Of a stretch of 64,000 bases of DNA, positions 1 to 9,444 are shown in pieces. How positions within the stretch are numbered: position 1 is the stretch's first letter; every line of letters starts with the position of its first letter. A program made the position numbers and the translations under genes. Origin of the DNA: Candidatus Curtissbacteria bacterium RIFCSPLOWO2_12_FULL_41_16 (GTDB taxonomy: Bacteria; Patescibacteriota; Microgenomatia; Curtissbacterales; GWA2-41-24); contig MFBZ01000022.1 of NCBI GenBank assembly GCA_001776545.1, forward strand, positions 14,065-78,064, read 5' to 3'. The notes beneath the pieces are model-generated. The model was not told the origin of the DNA. It ran no database searches and worked only from the letters and a program-made list of their open reading frames with translations.

Positions 1-1017
1 GCGAGGTTTGAAAGAAAATTGGGGGATTTTTGAGGTGAGTGGCAGGCGGTTGGCGGACGGTTGACGGTTTACGCGGGGAGAAATTTTCTTTTCAAAAAAC
101 TGTGGACTTGGTTTTGATTCAACTGTTGTTTGGATTTGACCAAGTTTGGCAAAGTATCCAAAAGTATTTTTTAAACCTTCGGTCAATTTAACTTTAGGCT
201 CAAAGCCAAAATCATGGATTCTAATAATCGGTTCTTGCTTGGGGATGAAATTTGCACTACCTGCAAAAAATAATCCCAATTCTTTTCCAAAAAAGAGGCG
301 GGCTGTATTTTGGATTTCATAGGCTACCGAAAGTGATGTTTGGGGACCCTCAGAAATCAGGGTGTGGATGTTTTTAGAATCTTGGCCAAAAACAAACTTA
401 TTGATACCAAAAATGACATCAGTGATATAGGCGGGGTAAATTTCCTTTAAGCCTTCATTTTCCAAAATAACTTTATCCGTCTTGATGGCTTGAAAAATCA
501 TACTGGAAAGCTCACTTTGGATAATTGATGCAGGGTCTTTGCTCTGAACTGTAGCTATGGGCATGCCCGGACCGTAAAGGTCTCCGACTAGAAACATTTT
601 AAGGAATTTATTAGTAAAATCGTCTTTTACGAGGTAGTCATACTGTTCACCCTGGGTAATTGGAGCAAAAACAAATATCTTTGATTGAGCTGATTCGGCC
701 TGAGAAATAATATGGGGGGAGGCAGGTGTGACGCCCGGAAGCCGCAAGGACGATTTGTGAGAAACAGCCTCAAGTAAGTCTAGATAAAAAATCAGGTCAA
801 AGCTGGGTAGATATGACGGTAGAGGCTGAGTAAGATCAAGCTCTAAAAGCGTGAAGTTCTGTTTGGGTAGTATGTCCAAAATAAGGCTTGACTTTCCTTG
901 CCCAAAAACTTCACAATTCTCTCCAAGTAGAGATTTAGCAAGGGCGGCACCAAGATATGACCCGACGCTTGTAATTAAGACCTGAGTTTTTTTCGGTTTT
1001 TGGGCAGAGGGTTCCAT
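1..1017 (-). CDS. Partial gene (runs off window); N-terminal NAD-dependent epimerase/Rossmann-like domain
   Basis: Manual translation from ATG at 1017: MEPSAQKPKKTQVLITSVGSYLGAALAKSLLGENCEVFG, a degenerate VLITGxxGFLG motif; absent from the ORF track because it has no stop in the window. Confidence 0.55.
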   Translation of the reverse strand, partial: MEPSAQKPKKTQVLITSVGSYLGAALAKSLLGENCEVFGQGKSSLILDILPKQNFTLLELDLTQPLPSYLPSFDLIFYLDLLEAVSHKSSLRLPGVTPASPHIISQAESAQSKIFVFAPITQGEQYDYLVKDDFTNKFLKMFLVGDLYGPGMPIATVQSKDPASIIQSELSSMIFQAIKTDKVILENEGLKEIYPAYITDVIFGINKFVFGQDSKNIHTLISEGPQTSLSVAYEIQNTARLFFGKELGLFFAGSANFIPKQEPIIRIHDFGFEPKVKLTEGLKNTFGYFAKLGQIQTTVESKPSPQFFEKKISPRVNRQPSANRLPLTSKIPQFSFKPR

Positions 1018-1051
1018 TAGTTTATACCTTAAAATATCACCATATTTGCGC

Positions 1052-1621
1052 CTAAAGTCGGAAATATGTTTTTAGACCGGTAACAAAAAGGGCAAATGTA
1101 AAACCCGCGACTGCACCAGCTGAAGCTAAAATTTTTTTATTGGGGAAGTTTGGGACCAGATTTGAATTCTCTCCAATGGCTTTTAATTGAATAGGTTCCG
1201 ACCCGGCAAGATCTTGCAGTTTTTGGTTAAACTTTACGACAGCTTTTTGAATAAGCAATCTCGCGCTTTGGGGCGTTTGGCTTGTGACAGCCAGTTTAAT
1301 TACCTGAGGTGCGATTTTTTGCGCACTAATTGTTTCCGGAAAAGTAATAACTTCTTGAGAAAAATCTTGGCTTTCTAAAATACTAACTGCGGTATCGGTA
1401 AAATTTCTGGCTTTTTCTTGGGCAAAATAATCATCCGGATATGACAAGTTCGGTGAATTGATGGACGTTTGAGATGAAGTTACAAAAAAAAGTTGCTCCA
1501 AATGAATCCCTGACGGGAGCTTGGAAACATAAATTAGGGAGAGCGCGGCGCCGATTATAGTAAAAATGAGAATAAAGAATGAATATTGTTTGAAAACTGC
1601 CAGGTATTGTTTGAGTTCCAT
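1052..1621 (-). CDS. Wzz/CpsC-like polysaccharide chain-length determinant
   Basis: MELKQYLAVFK start, N- and C-terminal TM helices with a soluble loop, PNKKIL..GAVAG C-terminal motif. Confidence 0.6.
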   Translation of the reverse strand: MELKQYLAVFKQYSFFILIFTIIGAALSLIYVSKLPSGIHLEQLFFVTSSQTSINSPNLSYPDDYFAQEKARNFTDTAVSILESQDFSQEVITFPETISAQKIAPQVIKLAVTSQTPQSARLLIQKAVVKFNQKLQDLAGSEPIQLKAIGENSNLVPNFPNKKILASAGAVAGFTFALFVTGLKTYFRL

Positions 1622-1665
1622 GGTACAAATTTAAAATGTAAAATTTTTACTTTTTCAATTTTCAA

Positions 1666-2064
1666 TTATCTAAGTTGTTCATCTAGTGCTTGATTAACCA
1701 AACGATCTGCCTCTTTATTTTGTCCCCTTGGTATGTGGATGTATTGAACTTGGCCAAAATTTGTCTCAAGGGTTCTAATCTTAAATATCAGGTTGCGGAT
1801 TGTGGCATTTTTGACTTTATAAAGACCTGAGAGTTGCGAAACTACCAATTGTGAATCCAGATAAAACTGTAATTGACCTGGATGGCGACCTTTGGCCCAA
1901 GTCAAGGCCTCAATAACGGCAGTATACTCGGCGACATTATTGGTTGCAATACCAATAAAACCTTGGCCTTGATAAACTACAATAGCTTGTTCTTTGACGA
2001 CAAAACCGTAAGCGGCAGGGCCGGGATTACCTCTGGCGCCGCCATCACAAAAGATTTCTATCAT
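1666..2064 (-). CDS. rnhA: Ribonuclease HI
   Basis: DGGARGNPG, TNNVAEY, DSQLVV, NKEADRL motifs. Confidence 0.93.
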   Translation of the reverse strand: MIEIFCDGGARGNPGPAAYGFVVKEQAIVVYQGQGFIGIATNNVAEYTAVIEALTWAKGRHPGQLQFYLDSQLVVSQLSGLYKVKNATIRNLIFKIRTLETNFGQVQYIHIPRGQNKEADRLVNQALDEQLR

Positions 2065-2924
2065 GACAGTGCAATTAGTATTACCCCTAACACCATAATA
2101 GTTGCGCCTACTAACCTTTGCTTGAGGTTCTTTTCTTTGAAGAGAAAGTAACCAAGTAAAACACTGATGATACTGCTTGTACGTTTGATCGAAATGACAT
2201 AGGCTACTAGGGCAAGATTGATAGCGGTCATTTGAAAGGTTAAACCTAAGGCTGAGACCAAACCAATGGGAACGAGAGCCTGGACATTCTTGGAAACGGT
2301 TTGGAGGCTCTGTGTCGATCTGAGTAACATGATCGGAAACATGGCAATGGCCAAAAAGAGATTAACAGCAATTACCCAAAAGATCGGCGAAGAATTCTGA
2401 ACCCCGACCTTATCGAAATTGGCAGTAATACTCCAAATAAAAGCAACGGCCAACATCAGTCTGGGACCTTTTTGCCTGATTAAGGCTTTGAAAGGAGCAA
2501 GGTTACCTTTTCGTCTTTCTGCGATATTCAAAAAATAGGATCCTGCCACAATGAGCAGAATTCCTAATAAGCCTAAGGTCGGTGGAAACTCATGGACGAT
2601 TAGGGGTGAGGTAACCAGCAGAAATACGGGGGTAAAGGTAATCATGGGCACAGCCAGGGATAAATCTGAGAACTTGAGCGCTTTCATATAAAAGATAGTA
2701 GCGGCAATATTAAGAGTTCCACTAACTGCTAAAGCAAGCCAAAACCCGTCCCCTAGTTGGGGCATTTCTATAAACAACAGAGCCGGCAACAAAAATGGCA
2801 GGGCAAAAACTCTAAGTGACCAAGCAGCGATGTACTCGTCAACTTCTCCCAGACTCCTCTTGCTGAAAACATCTTTTAAGGACTCAAAAAGGGCAGTCAG
2901 AACTGCAAATATGAACCAACTCAT
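2061..2924 (-). CDS. EamA/DMT family transporter
   Basis: Two EamA-type repeats, ~10 TM; likely start MSWFIF at 2924 overlaps the upstream stop (ATGA). Confidence 0.85.
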   Translation of the reverse strand: MSWFIFAVLTALFESLKDVFSKRSLGEVDEYIAAWSLRVFALPFLLPALLFIEMPQLGDGFWLALAVSGTLNIAATIFYMKALKFSDLSLAVPMITFTPVFLLVTSPLIVHEFPPTLGLLGILLIVAGSYFLNIAERRKGNLAPFKALIRQKGPRLMLAVAFIWSITANFDKVGVQNSSPIFWVIAVNLFLAIAMFPIMLLRSTQSLQTVSKNVQALVPIGLVSALGLTFQMTAINLALVAYVISIKRTSSIISVLLGYFLFKEKNLKQRLVGATIMVLGVILIALS

Positions 2925-4177
2925 GGGTTTCTCTTCTTTTTCTGGGATATGTAAAAGCCAGCAGCCAGAAGCAACATAATTAACCCTTCGGAAATTACAG
3001 TAATTGTAGCAGCAGCAAGATAACCATATTGGGGAATAAATATTAAGTTGGCCACAATGTTGAAAAGTGCCCCTGCAGCATAAATGTAAGTCAAATATTT
3101 TTGGCGGTCGTAAATAATTAATAAGTGCCAAAGGAGGGCGGAGATGAAGAAAAATGGAAGCCCTAAAGCTAAGATTCTCAATGCGGGGATAGCACCTTGG
3201 GAACTCGGACCGAAAAATAAAGGGATAAAGTATGAGATGACAAATAAAGCTGTGGCCAATATCAGTGAGGTAAAGGTGAGGATTTTTAGCCAGGAAGAAA
3301 GCTGTTTTTTGTAGACATTTTCGTTCTCTTTGTAAAGATTTGAGAGAGCAGGATAGATGGCATTTGAGAAAAAAATCGGTATGGCAAGTGACGCCTCGAA
3401 AAACAGATAGGCAAGTCCGTAAAGTCCAACTTCCGAAGACGTACGGAAATTTGCAAGAATTAAAACGTCAATTCGAAAGTAGATCAGGTTGAAGATGAGA
3501 GCAACGCCTACCGGCCACGCAGGTCCCAAGAAGCTTAAAAATTGCTGGCGCGAGAATGTTGGGGTAAAGTAAGTTTTAACGCGTCTGGCTATTATTAAGT
3601 AAGCTAAAGCTACTAGTGAAATTCCCCCTAAGACATAAGCTGTAGTATATCCAAGAATAGATTTAGTGGTGAGGGTTACGACTATAGCTGTTGCCAGGAT
3701 GATTAAATATCCAAAGGCAGCAGCAAGAGTAGAGAGATCGTAACGGAGAATTTTTTGGAAAAAGGCATTGGTGGTAGTAAAGAGGGCATGGGTGATAATG
3801 GTTGCAGAAGCAATGATGATGCCGGTTTTGACAAGAGGGCTAAAACCCGTGGCTGCGGCTTGATCGTAAGGAAGGACTTGGGTTATAGTCACTGCCATTA
3901 GAGCAAGGGTTATGCCCATTAAAATTCTCAGACCTAAAAGGGGCTTGAGGTGAGTAACTTCGTTTTCCTTGGCGATTTTGATGTAGATTGTGTTTAAGCC
4001 GAAGTCGGCAAGAGTGTAGAAGTAACCGACAAAAACAAAGATTTTAGTGAAATCGCCATATCCTGAGGCGTCAAGAGTTCTGAAAAGGACGAGGGTGATC
4101 AAAAGGGTGATTGAGGCAGTTATGCCTTTGCCGACAATTTGGGCACCCGTATTAAAGTAGATAACTTTTTTAAACAC
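2921..4177 (-). CDS. Wzx-like polysaccharide flippase (MOP superfamily)
   Basis: YGDF...LADFGL and IYFRIDVLIL...EVGLYGLAY motifs, ~12 TM. Confidence 0.85.
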   Translation of the reverse strand: MFKKVIYFNTGAQIVGKGITASITLLITLVLFRTLDASGYGDFTKIFVFVGYFYTLADFGLNTIYIKIAKENEVTHLKPLLGLRILMGITLALMAVTITQVLPYDQAAATGFSPLVKTGIIIASATIITHALFTTTNAFFQKILRYDLSTLAAAFGYLIILATAIVVTLTTKSILGYTTAYVLGGISLVALAYLIIARRVKTYFTPTFSRQQFLSFLGPAWPVGVALIFNLIYFRIDVLILANFRTSSEVGLYGLAYLFFEASLAIPIFFSNAIYPALSNLYKENENVYKKQLSSWLKILTFTSLILATALFVISYFIPLFFGPSSQGAIPALRILALGLPFFFISALLWHLLIIYDRQKYLTYIYAAGALFNIVANLIFIPQYGYLAAATITVISEGLIMLLLAAGFYISQKKKRNP

Positions 4178-4232
4178 GAAACAATTGTAATTGTTAGATT
4201 GTTAGATTGCTATATTGTTAAATTGATTGAAA

Positions 4233-5459
4233 TCAATTTTTCTGATTACTAAGAATATAGCCTGCCGACAGCCAAAAGAGCAGTTGGCCTTGTTGGAGAG
4301 TCCAGAGGAAATGGTCAAGGCTGGCAAAGACAAGGATGACGATAAAGATAGCAACTTTGGGTTTGGTGGTAATTTGGCGAGCAATAACTAAAAGAAAACT
4401 CACAAAAAGTAAAAGGCCAATAATGCCGTTTTCGGCCAAAATTAGCAAGAAGACATTGTGGACAGGTTGCAAGAGTCGAATTTCGGCAAGAGAAAATAGA
4501 TTAAGTTTGGAAAGCTCGAGGATAAAATTGCCTGAACCAACTCCAAACAAGGGGTTAACTTTTGTGATATCAAGGGACGCCTGGGAAAGCATAAGCCTTT
4601 CGGCAATCGTGGCAAGTTGAAAATCCGATACTGATTTTAAAGATCCAACCGCAATAATAGCTAAAAAGACTAGTCCGAATAGTAAATTTTTGGCGGATCC
4701 ACGCATAATTAAACCCGCAAGAACAATCGCCAAAATTGCCGATTTGGAAAAAGTCAGTAAAGTCGCGACCACCGGGACCAGCAAGCTGAAGATCTGGACT
4801 CTTGTTATTCTTTTCGAAAGCTTCAGGGAAGAGAGGATAATCGCACTGATTACAAAGAAGGCGGCAGCTACGTTAGGATGAGGAAAGGTGCCGTATGGCC
4901 TTAAAAGCTGGTGGCCGAGAATTTGGGCATGGGCGATAGCGGTCGTTGAGGAATCAAATGTTCTTTCACCCAATATCCAAAGCCCCAGGGTTCTTTGAAA
5001 GACAAATTGCCAGATCACTAAAGCAGATTGCCAGAGGACCGAGAAGGTAATAACGTGACGGATCACCCCATGCAGGTTTTTTTTAGAAAATGTAACCGAC
5101 GCAGCAATACTTGTAAGACTAAATTCAAAAATTTTTAAAGTAAACCAGAGAGCTGGAAAGGGTTGGTAAGAGATCAAAAAGGAAGTAAAAAACAAATAGA
5201 GATTAAAAAGCGCCAGGATCCAAATAATAGTTTTGGCGTCTTTGTAAATTTTCGGAAGACTCCTCCAATTCTCCAAGACAAAAATTGCCAAATAAGCAAA
5301 AATTGCCAGATCAGAAAGATAAACAGTAATTGCCCGGTAATCAATGGGCAGGCCTAAAACAAAAGAGTGGCTTGGCCAGAAGAATTTGTTTAACTGAATC
5401 GGAAGAGTAGCCAAAACCGCAAGGAAGAGGAAATCTGATTTGGACATTGAATAGGTCAT
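4233..5459 (-). CDS. O-antigen ligase/Wzy_C family membrane protein
   Basis: RPYGTFPHPN, TFSKS, PLFGVGSGNF, PVHNVFLLILAENGIIG motifs. Confidence 0.85.
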   Translation of the reverse strand: MTYSMSKSDFLFLAVLATLPIQLNKFFWPSHSFVLGLPIDYRAITVYLSDLAIFAYLAIFVLENWRSLPKIYKDAKTIIWILALFNLYLFFTSFLISYQPFPALWFTLKIFEFSLTSIAASVTFSKKNLHGVIRHVITFSVLWQSALVIWQFVFQRTLGLWILGERTFDSSTTAIAHAQILGHQLLRPYGTFPHPNVAAAFFVISAIILSSLKLSKRITRVQIFSLLVPVVATLLTFSKSAILAIVLAGLIMRGSAKNLLFGLVFLAIIAVGSLKSVSDFQLATIAERLMLSQASLDITKVNPLFGVGSGNFILELSKLNLFSLAEIRLLQPVHNVFLLILAENGIIGLLLFVSFLLVIARQITTKPKVAIFIVILVFASLDHFLWTLQQGQLLFWLSAGYILSNQKN

Positions 5460-5518
5460 CGGGTAGATGGGCTATCAGGATAGTCGAAGTTTACCTAATG
5501 ACCCAATTGCCTAATAAC

Positions 5519-5980
5519 CTATCGAGGCTTGATAATTAAATACCTACCTGCACCCTCACCTTCGGAAACAGTCGTAACATCAGGATGATCGGTTAAGGCA
5601 GAATGGATGACACGTCTCTCGAAAGCCTTCAGATTAAAAAATGATTCCGGCTCGCCTGTTGCGACTACTTTTTGGGCGACAGAAAGAGCCATGTTTTTCA
5701 GCTTTTCTTCTTTATGTTTGCGCCAGTTATCAACATCTATAAAGATTTCGAAGTCGTTTGAACCGGTTAGGCTTTTGATCCTGACTGCCAAGATAAAACG
5801 AAGGCTTTCTAAATTACTACCATTTTTGCCAATTAAAAGCGGGGAGTCTTCCGAGGCGATGTCGATAAAAAAAGTGTTGTCGGCTCGTGAAACTTCGGCG
5901 GTTGCCGAAACTCCAAGTTTTTCAATAATCGCGGCAATATTTTTGGCTACAAAATTTTCATCTAGCTTTGCTTTTGCCAT
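5519..5980 (-). CDS. jag: Jag/KhpB RNA-binding protein (KH + R3H)
   Basis: LLIGKNGSNL KH motif, ERRVIH R3H motif, SEGEG; position after yidC. Confidence 0.9.
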   Translation of the reverse strand: MAKAKLDENFVAKNIAAIIEKLGVSATAEVSRADNTFFIDIASEDSPLLIGKNGSNLESLRFILAVRIKSLTGSNDFEIFIDVDNWRKHKEEKLKNMALSVAQKVVATGEPESFFNLKAFERRVIHSALTDHPDVTTVSEGEGAGRYLIIKPR

Positions 5981-6792
5981 CTTTTTGGTAAATATTTATT
6001 GAGCGCGCCCGGACCTGAAATAACGTATTGTTGAATAATGCCAATTATAGTGAAAGTGTTCCAATAAAGCGAAAGGCCAACCGGAAACCCGTAAGAAAAA
6101 AAGGCAATCATTAAAGGCATAATGAGGGTCATTTGTGAGCTGACTTGGGCCATGGTATCTTCAATTTCACCTTTGCTATCGGTTTTTTTGACTGGCGTAA
6201 TTGACGGAGACGGTGGGAGGGCGGGGGTAAGCATTTTCGACTGAATCAATTGCAATAGACCTGTCAAAATGGGGATAGCAAGAATCAGAATACCCGCCTG
6301 TTGCCATTGGTTAGGTTTATCAGAAAGATTAAAACCTAAAAAGTAAGTATCCGGTACTTTGTCAAGGTGCAGGAACGAAAAATAAAGTTGGCTGTTGATT
6401 TTATTCAAGAAATCTCCGTTGACTTGAACAATTTTCAGAAGAACATTATAAAGGGCGATAAAAACCGGAATCTGTAAAATCATTGGAAGACAACCAGACA
6501 GAGGATTAACGCCGTGCTCCTTGTAAAGTTTACTGACTTCTTGTTGATGACGGATTTTGTCATGACCATGCTCGAGCTTAATGCGATCCAGGTGCGGCTT
6601 TAGGGCGGCCATTTTTTGGGTGCTTTTGAGCTGAACACCGGTTAGAGGCCAAAGTACTAAACGAATAGTGACGGTGAGAAGGATGATTGCAAAACCCAAG
6701 GCCCAGGGGATGAACAGTGTTTTGAGAGCCGCATAGTATGCGATAAGTAAGTTTAGAATCGGTGTAGTTAAAAAAACTTCAAAAGGATTCAT
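5962..6792 (-). CDS. yidC: Membrane protein insertase YidC
   Basis: AIILLTVTIR, GVNPLSGCLPMILQIPVFIALY, GLSLYW. Confidence 0.95.
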   Translation of the reverse strand: MNPFEVFLTTPILNLLIAYYAALKTLFIPWALGFAIILLTVTIRLVLWPLTGVQLKSTQKMAALKPHLDRIKLEHGHDKIRHQQEVSKLYKEHGVNPLSGCLPMILQIPVFIALYNVLLKIVQVNGDFLNKINSQLYFSFLHLDKVPDTYFLGFNLSDKPNQWQQAGILILAIPILTGLLQLIQSKMLTPALPPSPSITPVKKTDSKGEIEDTMAQVSSQMTLIMPLMIAFFSYGFPVGLSLYWNTFTIIGIIQQYVISGPGALNKYLPKRWQKQS

Positions 6793-6930
6793 GTGTCACG
6801 AATTTATGCGAATTAGTTAATCCGAATTTACCCGAATTGAGCCCAGTATTTATCGTTCCATTAACTTTTAGTAACTTTTAGAGCCTCTAATTGGTGATTG
6901 GGAATTGGAAATTTGAAATTGGAAATTATT

Positions 6931-7140
6931 TTAAACTGGGTCATAATAGGGCTTTTTGGAAAACGGGTGACAGGCGATGAGCCTTTTAAAAGTGATCCAT
7001 GAACCGATAATTAATCCATACTTTTTTGTGGCTTGCAGGGCGTATTGAGAGCAGGTCGGGTCGTAGCGACAAGTACGATTTACTGACTGAAAAAGATAAT
7101 GATAAAAAAAATAGAGAAATCTAACAACCTGCGCGGTCAT
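6931..7140 (-). CDS. yidD: Membrane protein insertion efficiency factor YidD
   Basis: CRYDPTCSQYA...KYG...CHPF...YDPV. Confidence 0.92.
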   Translation of the reverse strand: MTAQVVRFLYFFYHYLFQSVNRTCRYDPTCSQYALQATKKYGLIIGSWITFKRLIACHPFSKKPYYDPV

Positions 7141-7415
7141 ATTTTAAGATAGTCTTCTAGTTTCTGTTTAACTTGCTCCATTTTGAGATTTGCAATATTT
7201 TTCTTGATGATAACTGTTATTTGGCCATCTTTCAAATTTAGGCTGTCCAGGGCTTGCCTTATGATTCTTTTAATTCTGTTCCTGTCGGTTGCCTTTTTGA
7301 CAGTCTTTTTGGATATAACAACCTTAGGTTTCGGCCAAGATTGATTCGTTTTTGAATCATGCGATTGATTAACAATCAAAATAAGCTCTTGACCTTGTAG
7401 GCGGGTTGGGGACAT
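7137..7415 (-). CDS. rnpA: Ribonuclease P protein (short form)
   Basis: ISKKTVKKATDRNRIKR RNR motif; lies between rpmH and yidD. Confidence 0.85.
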   Translation of the reverse strand: MSPTRLQGQELILIVNQSHDSKTNQSWPKPKVVISKKTVKKATDRNRIKRIIRQALDSLNLKDGQITVIIKKNIANLKMEQVKQKLEDYLKI

Positions 7416-7552
7416 CAGACGGTGAGGCGAGTGCGTTTTTTGGCCCTTCTTTTTGCTATGACATCGCGCCCTGCTGATGTACGCATTCTTTTCCGAAATC
7501 CGTGAGTTTTTGCTCTTTTTCTTTTTTTTGGCTGGTAAGTACGTTTGGGCAT
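7415..7552 (-). CDS. rpmH: 50S ribosomal protein L34
   Basis: Manual translation [45 protein letters not shown] (45 aa, below the ORF-track cutoff). Confidence 0.97.
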   Translation of the reverse strand: MPKRTYQPKKRKRAKTHGFRKRMRTSAGRDVIAKRRAKKRTRLTV

Positions 7553-7675
7553 GACTACAGAGTACTAGAAATAACCTGGGATATCAAGACCCGTAAGGGG
7601 TTCTTTTTTGGGGGGGGGAGTAAGGCTTTTGAAGAGCGATGATCGACAGCGATCCTTTGTGTTGTTCAAAGCTAC

Positions 7676-7731
7676 TTATTAACATACTTTTTGGCGGGTT
7701 GACAATTGTGGAAAAGTTTTGCGATTATAGA
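7676..7731 (+). promoter_or_regulatory. Putative dnaA promoter with flanking DnaA-box-like sites
   Basis: TTGACA at 7699-7704; TTATTAACA at 7676-7684 and TGTGGAAAA (=TTTTCCACA) at 7707-7715 resemble TTATCCACA. Confidence 0.5.
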
Positions 7732-7840
7732 GTTTAGCTCTAAAATTTCAAAGATCTTCTTGGAGTTGATCTTCTTAAACACTTAGCCTGCTTAGAGCAA
7801 ATATTCAATTACTTAAAACTATTTTTAGGGGTTGTTTCAT

Positions 7841-9190
7841 ATGGAAGGCCAAAAAATTTGGGCCAGCATTCTAGCAGGCATCAAATCGCAGATTTCATCT
7901 TCAACGTTTAAAACCTGGTTTGCCGGTTCTTTTGTTTTGGACTACAAAAAAAATGATGGCGAGAATCTTTTGATTGTCGGCGTCAAGAATAATTTTCTCA
8001 AAGAACAAGTTGAGACTAGATATCAGCCAATAATTGATAAAACTGTTAAGAAAAATGGGTTTTTGCAAACAAGGGTAATTTTTGTAGTTTCCAAAAATGA
8101 TAGGCAGGAGGTATTGGGTAAAAACGAGCCACTATTTTCGGGCGTGGCACCAACTTATATTGGTATTTCTCGTAAAATTGATGGTCTTAATCCGAATCAC
8201 ACTTTTGAAAACTTTGTTGTCGGGTCTTCCAATAACTTAGCTTTTTTGGCTTTTAACCAGGTGGGGGGCAATTTGGGCTCAGTGTACAATCCACTTTTTG
8301 TTTATGGACCAACGGGTGTCGGTAAAACCCATCTCCTGCAGGCTTGCGGCAATGCTGTCCTTTTGGAAATCGTAGACGCTAAGGTTCTTTATGTCTCGGC
8401 AGAAAAATTTACAAATGATTACATAGAATCGCTCCGCGACAGAACCATGGCGGCTTTTCGCCAGAAATACCGAGGCGTCGACCTTCTCCTGGTTGACGAT
8501 GTCCAGTTTTTAGCCGGCAAAGAAAGTACGCAGGATGAATTTTTTTACACTTTTAATGAGCTCTATCTTTCGGGAAGACAGATTGTTCTGGCGGCGGATC
8601 GTCATCCCAGAGAGCTAGGAAGACTCAAGGAAAGATTAGTCAGCCGGTTTTTGGGTGGGATGGCGGTCGATGTCGCCAGACCCGACCTGGAGCTGCGTAC
8701 GGCAATTCTTAAGGCTAAGTGCAGAGAGAGGAAACTAAATTTAAATGATGAAATAATTGATTATATTGCGCGTCAATGCAGCAATGAAGTGCGAGAATTG
8801 GAGGGAGTTTTGGTGCAGGTTCTTTCTTTAATCCGGATTTCGGGTAAAATTTCTCTTTTGCAAATTAAAACGGCCATTGAAAGAGGCCGGAAAAATGTGG
8901 TTATAAAACCTGCGCCTGGTAAAATTATTGAGGCCGTGTCTCGTCATTTTAAAATTGCCAGCGGTGATATTTGTGGTTTGAGGCGAAAAGCAAGGTTGGT
9001 CCGTGCTAGACAAGTTTTAATGTACCTTTTAAGACAAGAGCTGGGCTTACCGCTTGGGGTTATTGGGGATCTTATTGGGGGTAGAGATCATTCGACTGTT
9101 CTTTACGGCATTGAGAGAGTTTCAAAAGAGATGGCAGCTGACCGGAGCAAGAATGATGAGGTTTTGCGAATTCGTTCTCTTTTCCAATAA
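7841..9190 (+). CDS. dnaA: Chromosomal replication initiator DnaA
   Basis: YNPLFVYGPTGVGKTHLL, DLLLVDDVQFL, GGRDHSTV. Confidence 0.98.
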   Translation: MEGQKIWASILAGIKSQISSSTFKTWFAGSFVLDYKKNDGENLLIVGVKNNFLKEQVETRYQPIIDKTVKKNGFLQTRVIFVVSKNDRQEVLGKNEPLFSGVAPTYIGISRKIDGLNPNHTFENFVVGSSNNLAFLAFNQVGGNLGSVYNPLFVYGPTGVGKTHLLQACGNAVLLEIVDAKVLYVSAEKFTNDYIESLRDRTMAAFRQKYRGVDLLLVDDVQFLAGKESTQDEFFYTFNELYLSGRQIVLAADRHPRELGRLKERLVSRFLGGMAVDVARPDLELRTAILKAKCRERKLNLNDEIIDYIARQCSNEVRELEGVLVQVLSLIRISGKISLLQIKTAIERGRKNVVIKPAPGKIIEAVSRHFKIASGDICGLRRKARLVRARQVLMYLLRQELGLPLGVIGDLIGGRDHSTVLYGIERVSKEMAADRSKNDEVLRIRSLFQ

Positions 9191-9444
9191 TTTAGGCGGC
9201 TTTTGCACAAAAATGTGGGGTTATTAACGATTCCCTGGGTGTTTCCCACAATTTTTTAGACCATAATTCTACTTTGATTGCCGAGGGTTTTTAAAGATCT
9301 GCACATCTATAATAATTTTAATACTGTTTTTTAAACTTATTTATTTTTATTAAGTCTATTAAGTCTATAATGAAAAAAGGGTTTTTAACTCCAGATTGCG
9401 TAACAATAAAGCTTGATATATAATTTTTCGGCCTTGTCGTTTGA
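9191..9444. other. Candidate oriC-like intergenic region (degenerate DnaA boxes plus AT-rich tract)
   Basis: TTTTGCACA 9201-9209, TTTCCCACA 9242-9250, AT-rich tract ~9308-9378 with TAAGTCTAT repeated; dnaA-dnaN position. Confidence 0.45.

Noticed and set aside
2925-3131. N-terminal extension of the EamA ORF
   Set aside because: Overlaps the flippase C-terminus; ATG at 2924 gives a normal EamA with ATGA coupling
7137-7415. rnpA pseudogene because of the missing N-terminal helix
   Set aside because: Start overlaps the rpmH stop (TGATG), the RNR motif is intact and the frame is open; more likely a naturally short form
7604-7620. T6-G9 homopolymer upstream of rpmH/dnaA as a phase-variation switch
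   Set aside because: Intergenic and not clearly within a promoter spacer; no supporting evidence from sequence alone
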